Source: Tubulanus polymorphus (taxonomy: Eukaryota > Animalia > Nemertea). Taken from it: a stretch of 64,000 nucleotides of DNA. Of this stretch, positions 34,794 to 49,754 are shown one piece after another; within the stretch, counting starts at the first letter, position 1, and every line of letters begins with the position of its first letter. The translations under genes and the position numbers were made by a program. Location of the stretch: NCBI RefSeq assembly GCF_964204645.1, contig NC_134029.1, forward strand, positions 3,286,001 to 3,350,000, in the 5' to 3' direction. The notes beneath the pieces were generated by a model. It ran no database searches. It was not told where the DNA came from and was given only the letters and a program-made list of their open reading frames with translations.

Positions 34794-37700
34794 TTAAATA
34801 TATCGACGTTTAAATTTCGCGAAAAGAAACTTTACGCAGCTTAAAATCCACAATTCACTTCACATTCGATACATCCAATTGTTCAGTATAATCTAGTCAA
34901 AATGTTTCTCGAGAAAGGTCCATGATGCGACAGATTTGAGAGTATCTCAATAACTGTGTGTTCAGTCATTTCATATTCTATGTTGCTCATATAAGTCGCA
35001 TATTTGACATTTTTCTGTCAGAACGTCTCTCTTGAAAAAGAAAGCAATTCCAAAACTGAAGACTAACGATGGGTCTATGGACTGAAGAGAGTATCTGCGA
35101 ATGCATCAATCCGGTTTATAACGTAAGGAGCTGTCACTTGAGTATTCGTGCAAGCAACTGGAGAAAACTGTGTCTAATGGGTATTAGATAAAAACTGTCC
35201 CGATGGTAATCGGACTAAATACAACTTCAGATAGATCACAAAAAAAACAGCTAAGAAGATGATGACAAGAGTAGGGTATCCAAGATTAGAATCGCGAGAG
35301 CTGTCCCGCTCGCAAAAAATGAATAAACCTTTGATATATAAACTGTGGGAAAATAGAAAGTTCGGCGTATTTCAGTCCTATATCAGAATGTCCTTATACC
35401 ATAAGAGAAGTGGAATCGAGTGATACCGAACTAAACGGCATAAAACGTATAAATCCATTAGAACAACTTTCATGTGCACTCCTCGGTTCATCGACGAAAT
35501 CATTTAAATATGTCTAAATCATTCTCACTGTCAGCGTGTGTTACCTGGTCTTAATCTATCTTTAATAATTGCAGCATTCGTCCCGCCATTACAGTTTCTA
35601 TAACAACTTCAACTGTTTGTCCATGCTATCAGGACCCACTGCAGTCATCATCAGAACAGCAGCAGCAGCAGCAACAGCAACAACAACAGCATGAAGAACA
35701 ACTGCTGACTGGAAGGCCTGTGTTTGTACCAATTACTGAGTCAAATGCACCGGAGGAAAAATAATTATTGTCGCAAGACTTTCTTCGATAAAATTACGTC
35801 GACAACCAATTCGCTTAGTAGTCGATTGTCTGATTAGCGGAGAGTGTGTCGGAGCGCAGGCGTCCTAATAACGCGGTCTGGTATTCCGAACGGCTCTCGA
35901 ATCACCCCTACGCGTCGCTTTATCATCAAAAACTGAAACATGATCACGACCGCCATTGATTTTCGGTATGAAATATAGCCAGAAAAAGCACTCGTACTGA
36001 TTACATCAAACGATGCCACATCACAACTCGCGCAAAAACTTGACCGAAATCTAAGCTTTATCCGATACATGACGATATTTGAACCAGCAACAATACGAAA
36101 TGTTAGTATCAACATTAATATCCCGGGTGGCGTAAAAACAACAGACACATTTAGAAATAAGCAACGCTCTCATGCTTTGACCAGAGCCAAATTTGACATG
36201 GGCCTGGACCGTGCCAAATTTTAGCACATGTCAAATTATTCCTTGTGAATGCCAGTAAGTTCTGGAAGTAACTCACTTGCCACAACATCATTTTGATAGC
36301 ATTTTTCTAATGAGTGACATGTAAATGTACTCTCTTATTAGCACACGCCAACTTTGACTCTGATCTGGTCCGGGCTAAATCATCTCCGTGCGATCATGGC
36401 TTTCCAGTGTCTGAGATTATACGCGGTCCACTGATGTCTACTGCCTGGCTCCGTCATAATCCTATCCAACAATCTCAAACTACGAAAGGCAGAAAATACG
36501 ACAAGTTCATAAATTTAATTAAAACCTCATGAAGAGATTTGACCCTGAAGAAAAGCGCATCAGAGACAGAAACGACGGACGGAAGGAGATTATTATCACT
36601 ACAGTTTCTATTCATACGCAAAACTCATGAATTCCATATCGAAGTCTGTCATGAATGAAAAACTCCATCATTGGCTTCATCTCACATCCCTCACATCCTT
36701 CGCACTTAGGAAATTAACGTTTCATCCTAGCGCATCGTAAATCATCTTTCAATTTCAAAGCCGGTAAAATTCCCACCGAGAAATCTCTTTGAAACCCGAC
36801 GCAGCGATCTCGTGCGGTTTATAAGACGACTTCGATGTTCGTAGTTCTCTCAGACACTATCCGTGTAGGATGAGTTACTATAGTTTAAGAGCTGCGTATA
36901 TTAGCTACAAATTCTGCAGCATTTTTTGCCTGATTATGATTCCCGCGCCAGTCACTAATGTCTTCAACGAACTCGATATATCACCTACTGGTATAGACTA
37001 TCGTTGAGCACGCCATGGCCATTTTTCATTTAGGGAAATTCATGAATAAAGAACACCACATACAGCAACTCCTGCTCAATATTCAGGACCAGGTACCACA
37101 GTCGTGAGTTAGAGAGTTTATTCTAAGTTAACTCTCGAGTCAAATCGTAACTCGGAAAAGATAAACCAAGTAAAGTATAAACCAAAGTGGCGCTGACCAA
37201 ATCTCATCTCAACGGTCTCATTCTTTCAACCGCTGAATGCTACTAGGTTCCGGGTTTCCGTTTTCCTAAATAAGGTAAGCAAAGATTGGACAGACCGCCA
37301 AGATCTGAACTTGATGAGACCATTGACCTACAATTCTCCAAAAACTCCAAGACATAGATCGAGTGATTTGACCACTGATATCTGGTTACACATAGTCAAT
37401 TAAACCTCATTGGTTTTGAACATTACTTTAATCCGGATTGAGGAAGATTGACTGAAGACCGGTGATAGATAAAACCTGATTGGTGCGCGGTGTGCTCGTA
37501 AGAATCCGAAGGGGGATTCAGATAGAGACACAGATTCGGTAAGTAATCGATAGCACTTGTCCGATGTCAGATCTTTACAGTATGATTGATTATTGTTGAT
37601 TAGATGTTATTGCCACGAAAACTGTTTGATTGATTCACCCCTCGAGGAGTTTTCATAAGATTCTCAACGATGATATTCCGATACGTGTCAATAAAGGTAC

Positions 37701-38597
37701 TGCCAGTCGTAGTCAGTGCTTCCGGGAATAGTTCACTCACGACTCTCTGTCTCAAACCCCGATATTGAAGACTTAATGATTTTTCTCAATTAGTTTTCGG
37801 TAAATAATGCTTTGTGAGTTTGAAAATCCTGTACATTCGAGTCTTCCTTATTTTGCAACCGATTTCAATTTCTAGGCCCCATGGATTCAGTTAACTCTTT
37901 ACTGATTAAATCGATTCAATTTCTTTATTGATTTAATTCTGTTTATCTTAACTGGAGTTAATCCTTTTCATGACACACCCAGAAAATAAGGGACCAACGT
38001 CACAAGTTGGATCGCAAAGAAATGAAATTGAAATCGCCATTGGTTTCTTGACAAGTTTTCATCTGTAAGACAGCTTGAAGCTATATTTCAACAGACAAAA
38101 TATATTTTGAATAAAAATGCAGATATTGGTCCAGCGATAAGTATCTGTAATATAGCACTTACCATCAGTGTCTGATTACCACATATCTCCATATTCTTTC
38201 ACGGCTTCATGATCCGCGGTGTCAAAACCACAAAGCATCGAGTAATAAGCAACGAGAGAAAAGAGAGGAGGAATACCCGTTCTCTTTTCAGACAGAGAAA
38301 ACCGGGGTAAAAAATAATAAGCCGACTGCCAACACTGAGCTGGAAGAAACCCATCTCGGTGTTTGCATTAGACCGGCTTAATGGATCAAAATAAACAACT
38401 GTTCGTTACATTGCTGTAGGCTCAGGTCGAAGCTGTTACAGAAATATAACTTCAAAAAACATTGCTTTATTAACGGAACCTACAACCAGTGCCAGGAGTC
38501 AACCAGGTGCTAACAAGAGCAGTCATCATAATACACAGAACTTAACGAAATCATTGACTTGGTGCAAAAGTGATTAGTTTTATTAACGGGTGCAACC

Positions 38598-38797
38598 TGA
38601 GACTAGTGAGGTCATCAAAACACTTCAACCCAAGACAGGGTAAGGTCATCAAAACTTCAATCCATGACCATTGAGGTCATTGAGACTTCAACATGAGACC
38701 GGATGGTCATGACTTCAAGACCTCAATCTGTGACCAGCAAGGTCATCGCAACTTCAATCTAAGACCAACAAGGTCATCGAGACTTCAACCAGAGGCC
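38598..38797. repeat. Degenerate tandem repeat, about 30-bp unit (GACC...AGGTCATC...ACTTCAA), about 6 copies
   Basis: Periodic GGTCAT and ACTTCAA words. Confidence 0.7.
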
Positions 38798-41700
38798 AAT
38801 AGTGAATGATAACCTCCTCCACAACCTCTACAATGATACCTTTCCTAATTCATCCAATTACCATGATTACCTTCATCACACAAATAAGTCCTAAATATGA
38901 TGAAATTACTGCGAGCTAATGCAAGACATGCAAGACACTGCATCCGCTAATAATGGTATTCCTGAGGTCCACGAGTAAAAAAAAGATATTAATTCCGGAT
39001 GATGTAAGTCACTCGCAGATACTCTCGTTCCAAAAACTGCTATCCAGAAACTGCTATCCAATCAAGTGTAACTGCTGACCGCATACTGGCTACATAGTGT
39101 CAGTGTGTGCTGTATGGTCACATGAAAGTAGGCTGCACTTAGACGGTAATTTTATCCATTACAACAACGACTCGGCACATAATCCTCTCGTAAGAAACTA
39201 ACAGACATTGTCCATCAACGCGGCTTGCAGAGACCTCCGAAATGGCAAAAAAAATCTGACAAACTGCGTTACAATGATGCACAACAGTCTTAGCGTTCCA
39301 TCCAATGGAATGAGGTGTATGATTCGTGTGGTCTCCGCACATCGTACACTTGAAGACTAATTCCATCAATCATCGATAAAGTGCGATGAAACAAAGTGCT
39401 GCCTTATAACGTCGGTTGATAACCCAAGAGACAACGGCTATTTGAACCGGGCAACGCAGCAACTGAGAATGTCCGCAAAAATGGTAAAACTTGTGGCAAG
39501 ACATTCATAAGACATTTATGACCAGAGGAATAAAGCGCAACTCGTTAGATCCTGTGGTTCTTAGAACTGAGCCACGGAATAATGATGCGGTTTTAAGAAA
39601 CAAAGAGGAAAAAAAGAAGAAAGTATAAATACGAAAACTGATACGCGTTTTTTATCACGCGGGAACGACGTGACAATCATTCCAAAATTGACAATGACAC
39701 GCGACGAGTGAATTTCGTTCAAAGACGACTACGACGATCAAAGAAGGATGAAAGAAACGGCGAAGAATAAGAAGAAGTGACTGAGCTGCTGCAGCGGTTG
39801 AGAAGATTCACTCTACGTGTACTGTATTCATATTACACATCGAATTACATCATCGCCATTTGTCGATAAAAACATTAATGTCGAATATGAGCATTACCGA
39901 TATGTTACAACTTCTCGAGAGAGAGAGAGAGAGAGAGAGAATCTGTAACTTCTTTAAGAGCAGCTTTCATAGCTGAATGTTTCCTTCAATGAAGTCGACA
40001 TCTTCACGACGAATGAATGTGTATCGGTTAAAAATCCTTTCGAATCGTCCCGATATTTTAAGTCATAAATGGCATCCACGAAGAGAACAAGCGTAGCAGA
40101 CGTAATCCAAAAGAACATAGCATCGAGAGATAGAGACAGAGGGGAAGACGAGTTGATGATTGCGGCACTTGTGAACGTTATATACTGAAGAATTGATCGA
40201 CCAAACGGAACTCCGACAAGATTCGTCTCAAAGAAAAGAACATGAAGAAATGATGATTAATTTCAGCAACCACTCGGGATCCGCAGCCTAATGACATAGT
40301 GTTTAGTATGTATATCAGTTAACTAGTCATAGTTCATTGAAGATGTCTGATTGCACACAGGCTCCAACTGTTACTGCTCTTATCTGCTACAGAGCGATTG
40401 AAAATGCCAACATTTATGGACGTTTAAAGAGCGAATCATTCCGAAAATTGAATTTATATCCGACTTTGCGACGTTGTTTGAGTTCTCATTCGAGCACTCT
40501 GGTAAAACATAATTAATGTCAGACACGAATTTATTGCTATTGCTTCAGATGTTTAAAACTGAAGAAATGTTCCCGTTACAGAAAAGCCATGAAAACTAAC
40601 ACATCACCGACAGCTGATCCCAGATTGAAAAAAACATCTCAGAACGAAATCCAAATTTGACTTCGGAACAAAATCAAAATTTCAGAAAATTCAGAAAAAT
40701 GTTTTCAAAAAAAGTAACGCACACTCTCACATCCGCAAAGCAACAATTACTGCCTTCATTTGTTTGGAGATACTACATTAGCATCGCTAATATCGAGGAT
40801 CTGTCTTCATAATGTTTCAACTAATTTGTTGAGTGTTTCGAACCGTTGAATATAATGAAGTAAAAAAACGACTAAACTCAGTTGTTTCCATCATCGGATG
40901 AAATTTGAATGCTCATTATCGGTAAGCTAACATTCGAGGGTTCAACTCGATATGCAAAATGCCACAAGTGTCTTGAATAAACCATGACTACTTTGTTCAG
41001 GGAAGTTCAGGATTTGTTCCTGTTGCATCGGATTTTCAATCGACGACGCGCTGTCGAATAATTTACACCGAAATATAGCCACTTCTTCAAACGTGATGAA
41101 TGCAAGTTGTCACCTTAACATCATTACTGAATTAAGCCTCCCGGAACGGATTCAAATTCCTTTAATGATACTTCACACACACAAAAGAAATCTACGGCAA
41201 TAAAAACTAATAGCAAACTCTGTTTTATCGGAGAATGGTTGAATTACAAATTCAGGTACAATGAAACAGCTTGATCCAGTAACAATCTACATCAAACGTG
41301 CCTTACTGTAGTTAAGACATTGACATGCAGCAGAAACCCGGCACCAAGTTGCATACTTCAAGAGCCGCGATCACATGGACGGGATTTGGTTTGGATCATA
41401 CCTGAGTCAAATTTGGCGCTTGTCTAATAATTAGTGCGTGTTCACACGTAAACCACTTCCAGAACCAGTTAGCATTCACAATTTGACCTGCGCTAAAATT
41501 CGGTATGGGTCTGGTGTAAAGTTTTTAGCCCGGATGTTTAATAGGGACAATTCAAACTAATGCATTTGCTGTCAGCTCACCATTCCTTGCTCCAGTAGAG
41601 GACAGGAAGCCACGAGCTCCTCGAGATTAATACATCTCAATTTAGCCGACAAATTTGATTAAGCGTCGAAATTCACCATATTCCACGATAGGTTGAGTAA

Positions 41701-43559
41701 TTTCAAGTTTGAATTTCCCTTCAATAATTAATCTGATAGAATGAACTGGCGATGTTGCATCCTGCGTAAGGTCATCTTATAGCGAATTCCGCTCGTGGCT
41801 TATGCAACTCTGAGTTGCGCATAAGTCAATTAGATCAGCTGTCAATCTTACTACGGACTGGTCGACCCATTGACGACTTACCGCCGTAATCCTTCAGGGT
41901 ATCAACGTCTGATCTCCATCCCGATTCACCCGATTCACCACGATTCACCACGATTCATCCAATCTCAAGGGTCTAATGAAATTTCATCAACACGAAATGG
42001 AGCTAATCGAATACTTACGTATCCACGTGACCTGGAAATATGTGACACTGACTTCATTAACCCTACTGTAATAGAGACAGCAACCATTTTTCTAAAAAGG
42101 GCTATCAGTAACACATTGAATCAAAAAAAAATTGAAATATGAAAGAAAAATTGCTCAAAATTATCATTATTCAACAGTAAGACCTTCAGCAACGTGTTTC
42201 ATATTTCTGAATCAAACAAATCAGTATTTCTCGCTATAAAATAGTAACAAATACTGAAAATCAGGAACAGTTGACAGCTGTGTATGATGCGTCTCGAGTC
42301 TGGAGTTCGGTTATTTCTCCAGGCTTCGAGCAATCATGAGAATCCATACACAAAAACTATTTATAGAAACATCGGATGAAAATATCAGTGGTGAAATCGC
42401 GATGAGAAGCCATCACTATGAATTCGAACATCAAAAACACGACAGCCAACGCAGACCCTTTAATTAACATCCAATAAAACCTGTCTGATGTTAGAAATAT
42501 TTTTTAGCAGCAACCATGGCAACAAACGACGTTATTTTAGATGTTGCGATATCCTAAACCGTTTATCCGGTACGCTCGTTTTAAACCATTTATCCGGTAA
42601 GCTCGTTTTAAAAATCATTGTGACAGAGACCGCATAGATCGAGATCAAAGCTTCATGCTTAATTCAGTCATAGTGTGGGTAGCATCATATGCTGGGATTT
42701 CTTCAGAACATGAGTTTGAGAATCGTTGGTTGAAGAGTACGGATATCGTTTAGAGGATTTGGTCACGGCAGCATCTACCGGTTTTATCACCGGTTTTTTC
42801 ATGAAAACAACCTCTGATCTTCATTTAGCCGATATTCCCTAAAGAAATCATGCCGCTTTTATATAGATTCAATGACAATTTTACACATGCTTAATAGTTG
42901 AACAAGTGAAAACTCTCGAGACCGGTCTCAACTGAGCTTTTCAACTTTCCGACATGAAATCTGCGTTTTGTGACGAAATTGACAGCCACAAAATTCGAAC
43001 AAGACGCAATATCATCTGAAGGGTACTTCGACTAAATGAGTCCCTATTGCGACAGAAAACCTTTTTGATCATCATCACTGTTCTGAGACATCGGTGCACT
43101 GAAAATTCGGATAAGATCGAAGATTCCAGGGCTGTTGTAAATCTTTTGACATATCTGCTGATATTTCTATTCGCTGTATTTGTAAAGGTCAGGACATTTC
43201 TATCGGTTGTTTCAGATCGATAAATAGATTTTTCCGTGTATAAGCCTCTTATTTCCAATGTTCCGAAAAGTTTCGAAACATCTTTTTGTCATTATCCGAG
43301 ATATTTAGAAAACGAAAACACTTTTTGAGTAGCTCGTTGACAGCTTCGGTGGCCTTTTTTAATGTCACTCTTCGAATTCTAATCCATAACCTAGCTATCA
43401 GACACCATACTTACTTCATATCAACTTTCTGTATTCCACGTAATCTGAACTTAAAATCTTTTATCCGATATAAAACCCTGAGGCAATTCACAGAGGAAGC
43501 AAACCTTGGATATATCTATTTCCAACCTTAACTAATGAGATGAAAAACGTCGACATTAA

Positions 43560-43816
43560 AGCCGCAATCACACGATTTAGCCTGGATCAAACTGGCGCTG
43601 ACCAGGCCCGAGTCTCGGCCCCGGGTTAAATAAGAAAGCGTATTCACATGTAACTCACTCACCCGTTACTAAAATACTATCAAAAAGATGCTGTGGCAAG
43701 TGAGGTGAGTCACTTCCAGAACCAATACGAAATAATTTGACCGGCGCTAAAATCTGGTTTAATCTGGCATGGGCCAAATTTAGTCCGGGTCAAAAAAACC
43801 TCGCGCGATCGCGGCT
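43560..43816. mobile_element. MITE with AGCCGC(A/G)ATCAC TIRs (PIF/Harbinger-like); relatives near 23900-24143, 36180-36401, 41362-41540 and 45504
   Basis: AGCCGCAATCACACG ... CGCGCGATCGCGGCT; internal GGGCCAAATTT and CACTTCCAGAAC words shared among copies. Confidence 0.65.
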
Positions 43817-44321
43817 AAAATGATGCACTCACATTTGACGCATTTCTATAAAGAAACTTGAGACGAAAAACATCAGGTTGAAAGTATTCATAAATCATAT
43901 GGAATTACGTAAACAATGTAGGTTTTGGGTGATTTATTTCCAACGCGAATATAATAGAATGAAGTCATGCGAAGCGTCATTCAATCAACGCGTATTGATA
44001 CATCATCAATCTAGTGAAAATAGAACGATATGATCGCACACAATCAATATGGCCGCCGCCGCCGCCGTCAGTTCGGTCGCCGCTGACATCGAAAAGACGA
44101 CGTGAATGAAAATTTGAACAAACAATCGCTTATCTTCGAAGATGGCGGGAAATATGCGTTGAATAAACATTGATGAATGTATTGAATTATTCTCACAATG
44201 TCGCAGCAATCGACCGAGACGTGGATTCGATTCCACAGATCGATTTGAAAAACTGTTCAACAGTTTTCTTTGTAGAGTAAATGCCGATCCAAGGACTTTT
44301 GAAGGTCTTATGACATATTAA

Positions 44322-44601
44322 CCCTTTCAGTGCATCTACACCGCAGTGCGGTGTATTAATTGTTGGCTGTTGGCTTGTAGGCTGTTGTATAATTTAGTAA
44401 TTAGTATTTAGTAGTTAGTTTATCTCTATTGAAAGATGGCAGCACCTGTCAAACAGTGAAATATTGGTATCTGATGATACACCGCGCCACAGATGCACTA
44501 AAGTGGTATGCAAGTTTTTCAACACCTTGAGGTAGAATTTTCTAAGATTTGTCAAATCATCTCCAGCACTTTTGGGAATTAATAAGACATCACTGAAAGG
44601 G
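44322..44601. mobile_element. piggyBac-type MITE with TTAA target-site duplication
   Basis: TTAA|CCCTTTCAGTG ... CACTGAAAGGG|TTAA, 280 bp. Confidence 0.85.
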
Positions 44602-44677
44602 TTAAGGGAATTTTTGAACATTGGAAAGGCATAGAACGATGACCACACTCAAACGTGGTGAACGGATAATAAGATAA

Positions 44678-44963
44678 AATTGGTTCTTGTGGGCCTCGAA
44701 CAGAACCCTTGAATATTTCTCCAAGTATGCCTTTCCAATAATAAGATAAAATCCCACTGTTTACAGATTAAAAGAATTTAAAAACCAGAATTTATTTATA
44801 AAATCTAAAATATTAATAAATATATTAATTATATATTAATTATAAATAAATTCTGGTTTTTAAATTCTTTTAATCTGTAAATAGTGGGATTTTATCTTAT
44901 TATTGGAAAGGCATACTTGGAGAAATATTCAAGGGTTCTGTTCGAGGCCCACAAGAACCAATT
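44678..44963. repeat. Long near-perfect inverted repeat (124-bp arms, 38-bp AT-rich spacer)
   Basis: 44678-44801 is the reverse complement of 44840-44963 with a single mismatch. Confidence 0.95.
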
Positions 44964-47900
44964 CTCATAAACCCAAGATCAGAATTCAGCATTCCGAGTT
45001 ACTCATCGATGAACTATGATGACATGAGCAAATAAGCAGCATCCAGGTTGCTGACTGACTTAACTAATTCGATAACTAATAAATTCTAGAATTTGAACCG
45101 GTTCATACTGCGTAGATTATGCAAATCATTCAAATGGCTCTTCACGATCAGATGATTTCTATTGACCACGATAATGGCTGGGAATTAACGACTGAGTCGC
45201 AACATGTGACTGATGATATGCAAATGAAGAAGCTCGCTAATTGAGGCAAAGAGCTAACTAATAATAGTGATTGGCACTGATGATGAACATTGATCAATAA
45301 GATACAGTTTAATGCACTTTTATATCAGGTTTCGACATATACTAATTATGATTCTATATCAACTCTAATGCATGCAAGATATTTAGTTAATTTGATTAAG
45401 AATGCTGCAAAGTGCTGCACATCTGGAGCCAGTTCCACAGTCAGGAGTTAAATATCGGGGTTAATTCCCAATATTTCAAATGGAACTGTCTACTGAAGAC
45501 TAAAGCCACAATCACACAAGCGTTTTAGACCCAGATTAGGCCCCGGCAAATCATTGAAACTAGTACCAAATCTAAGCCAACCTAAAATTGAGGACCATCA
45601 TCGTATAAATAAAAGAGAAACGTACCTGGAAACGTAGCCAAACATAATTCTTTATCTTTTTCATAGCTATTTCCGACGAAAGAACGAACGCAAGATCCGA
45701 TCCTAACCGAGCAGAAGCTGTATCGTCAAAAAGCTCCGAACCGGTAAAAAGCTATATCAGTAACTGCTAGGGACGGACCCTCAACATTTGCAAGAAGGCA
45801 ATTTTCTCCTTTTTGATGGAGTTATGCGTTCGTATTTCTGCCGCTAAATCGGCCAGAAATTCACACTGAGTAAACAGACAGACGCGAAGTAAATTCATCT
45901 TAAGCAAATGAAAAACTATCCCCTGTACACTAGTAAATGTTAAGTATAACATTAGGAAATAGATCTGCCAAAATTAATCTACGTATATATTGTTAGAGTG
46001 TTGTAGTGCGGGGTAAGAGGGTATCGGTTTTCTTTTGACGACACTTGACTTGCTTACTAACAACTAGGAAATGATGGCGCCGATATTTACCGATAAAGAT
46101 GCCGGACCGACTTACGCAGTTGATTGCGTGAATAGAATCGGTTTCGAGCCACTGTCATCATTAGCGAAAAAACGTGCAAAGACAAAGACAGTTGCCTATT
46201 ATTCACCGAGCAAATTCAAATGCAGTAAGGAGTTCCAATAGTTTCCGCGTTGTCAGTTAACCCGATTTGGACCCTCCTTTCTATCAGGCTTATGTGTAAT
46301 CATTTAACATATCTATGGCTTACATTTTAGTTTCAGCCGTCCTACGAAAGCTAACTCTGAACTGTAGAACCTGAACTAGATTCCTGTCATCTCTTCTTTC
46401 GGTAAACTGTTTTATCATTCAGACGCAGACACAGTTACAGTCTGTACAACATGCCATCATTAAAGAGATGTCAGAAATATTCACCACAAAGAGCAGAGAC
46501 TAAACTTCATAAGATGAGCATTGAATATCTGAAATATTTCTGAACGGCAATAACATTCTTGTCAATAGACAATCAAAACTGATTGATCACCGATCGATTT
46601 GGATCGCGAATTGAGATTCTAGAATAACAGTTGATGCGTCGACGATCGCGGTAAGAGCTACGTCTGAAATACCACAAATTCCGAGAAGACTCCACGAAAC
46701 TCAGTCATTTGTAAATTCCCGAATTTCAGTAAGAGTCCCGAATTTAACCAGCGTCTCATACACAATACCGGAACATTAGCTCAAAACCAACTGTAAACGA
46801 TTTAACAATTTATTCTGACAGTTTTCAAAGTTTTCGAAATCAACGATAAGTGGTACAATCATCAACTGTGGGTTTTGCTCATTAACTCTGGAATACTGAG
46901 ATTGATATCACTCTAGTACCAGTAGCTGCCGCTGCTGCTGCTGTAATAAGGATGATAAAAGCTTTAACCACAATACCGGTACCTCACCTGCAGGGGTAAT
47001 ACACGTCTGAAACGAAAAACTGCTAAGTTTAGATGAAAAAGACACGAGATGAACCCTAACTTTCCCACAGGCGAGTCGAAGGAGTGAAGTTGATGACGAT
47101 ACCGGCTCGACGAGACGGGGGAAGGTACCGAGCGTTCTCGAAAGATGAAAGAAATTGAAATGAGTTTTCCGTTAGAAATCGTACCAAATCAGTTCGCGTC
47201 ATACTCGACAACGATGAAAAATTGCACGCAGCACAAAATTACACATACATCCTTCAGTCTAACTTGAAAGAATCCTTTAAAGTTTTATGTTTAGTGACTC
47301 GAGGTGCAGTTTTTATGCACAATATGCAACTAAGGAGCAATTGCGCAATGTCGAGTGTAGATTCGAAGAAATTATTGGAAAATTAGACACTGGTAAAACC
47401 TAATAAGAGGGACGTGTCCCAAAAACAAGAAATGAACTGAATCAATTGAAGTGCGTAGCAGCAATTACATGAACAATCGTTAAGCATCTGCTACGAAATG
47501 GAAATCTCTTTCAATTTTATTGTCAGCGCTCGTCGTCAGTGTCGCCCAATAATGCCGGATAGATTGTGTTCAGTAGTGGTCGTTTAACTAAACGAACTCA
47601 CTCGAAAATCCCGTCATAAAATCGCTCAAAGCTCGATCCAATCAAAACGAATGTTTGTTTCGCATTTTTCAGTTAATTGGATCATTAACATTGGAGTTTA
47701 TGATGAAACCGTTGTGACCGCCAGCCCCGCGTGCTTGTACCGATTAAGAAGTGACAGTGAAATAAAGTGCACGCACCAGTCGCGATTTTTTTCAGTCGCG
47801 AAATTTGGCCCATACCTAATTAGAAATCACCTTGATATGTCAAACCATTCACTTGATACTGAATGATGCTTGAACAAAGTGAAGTGAGTCATTCCTAATA

Positions 47901-48817
47901 CCAGTAAACATTCACGACCAGCTGGCCCGGGCCTGACTACCGGAAATCTTTAACTTTAGTAGCATTCACCAAAATTGAGAGTGATTTGATATCAAAAACA
48001 GTAGTTTAATTGAAATTGATCAAGAAATTATTCAGATTTTTTGGAGTATTTTGATATTTTTGGGAGCAGTTGAGCTCTTAAAAGAGTAGAAACTACTCTG
48101 AAATAGTAGTGATAGTCAGTTCTGAAACATAGATAGCGTGCTAACCAGTAGACCTATAGAACTATAGTCCATTTGGGTCGGTGGTTATAGAACTTTATGC
48201 CATCTTTGCGTAACATCAGTGCGTGTGGCTGCTTGATTCCCCCATTTTTTTCATTTGCTTCTTTGGGTTCATTGGATTTTCACGCGCGATTCTCTCTGAA
48301 AAACCGCAGGAAACGTAATCAAAATAGCGACGAGCCGGTTGCCGCCTGTTCCCGACAGGGATAACTACGAGGTTTGTTTGTGACATCAAAAAATTGATAT
48401 TCAATATATCAATCAAAAATTGTTATTAGAATTCCCAACGGCTGACAGGCAATCCATCAATACAAAGAGATGACCATAACTAGATAAACATTCCTGTCTC
48501 CATGTGAGTGTGTATACATGGTACAGCAGAGCTATATGATTAATTTAACATTACGTACCCCCTGGGTACTGTAAATTTAGGATTTCTGGCAATTTCCGGT
48601 GGTGATACTTCATTCAACGCCATCTATATGGCTAGTCTATAAATCAAACTACAAATAGCATAACACGGACAATGTATGAATTCATACCATAGTGTATACA
48701 CCAAACTATATGGTATGGCGTAGTGTACCATGCTTTACAACAACAAACATCCATGCCATCTTGTATGCTAAACATTGTACCTTATACCATACATGTCATA
48801 CACCAAAACATTTCTTA

Positions 48818-49104
48818 TACCCTGGTACACTGCATATTATATGGTACCCTGGTGCACTGCATATTACATGGTACCCTGGTGCACTGCATATTTTATGGTA
48901 CCCTGGTGCACTGCATATTTTATGGTACCCTGGTACACTGCATATTACATGGTACCCTGGTACACTGCATATTACATGGTACCCTGGTGCACTGCATATT
49001 ATATGGTACCCTGGTACACTGCATATTACATGATACCCTGGTACACTGCATATTACATGGTACCCTGGTACATTGTATATTACACGATACCCTGGTACAC
49101 TGCA
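48818..49104. repeat. Minisatellite, 27-bp unit (TGGTACCCTGGT[A/G]CACTGCATATTACA), about 10-11 copies
   Basis: Direct periodicity; explains five overlapping repetitive ORFs. Confidence 0.95.
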
Positions 49105-49754
49105 CATGTTCAAAGAAAGTATCCCCGCCTCGACTTATTCTTAGAAATGTCTCATATTCTGTCTCAACTATGAATTATTCTGTTTTATCCGTCGTCGATG
49201 ACGCGATGTACTCAATAAATGATTCATACGGAACAAATGCACATAAAACCAATACTTGTAGACTACGACAGAAACGTGAACAGTTTCCAAGAAATACAAT
49301 ATTCTCACCATTGTTTTCATTGTCGACGAAATAAATGTGTTTGAATCGATGTATATGAATTGTTCTAAATGAATTATTGCCGTGTAAATCGGAAAACAAA
49401 CTGTAAAACTGTATAACGTAATTCAATATCAAGCCCTGAAGCGTGTTTTGACATTTTAAATGCGGACCAAAATGTTATTTCATTATTTCAGAGGAAAACG
49501 CTTTAGCTCGATCGATACCCAGACACAAAGGAATGATATAGAAAATGTTTTAGAAGTAGATACGTTCGTTTAATGTTATGCAGACAAATATAGATACAAC
49601 TTTGAACCTAAATGACATTTCATGTAGTATTCCTCACCCTTTCATAGTTTAGTCATAAATCATTCGCTCACTAATTCAATATAGTTTGCAATTAACGCAT
49701 CATTTATATCATATATAAATAACAGTGTGATATCCAATTAAATCATACGCAATA

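Noticed and set aside
48559-48568. Possible 10-nt microexon (also a 19-nt one at 59292-59310)
   Set aside because: Poor pyrimidine tract or resemblance to the nearby satellite word; no independent support.
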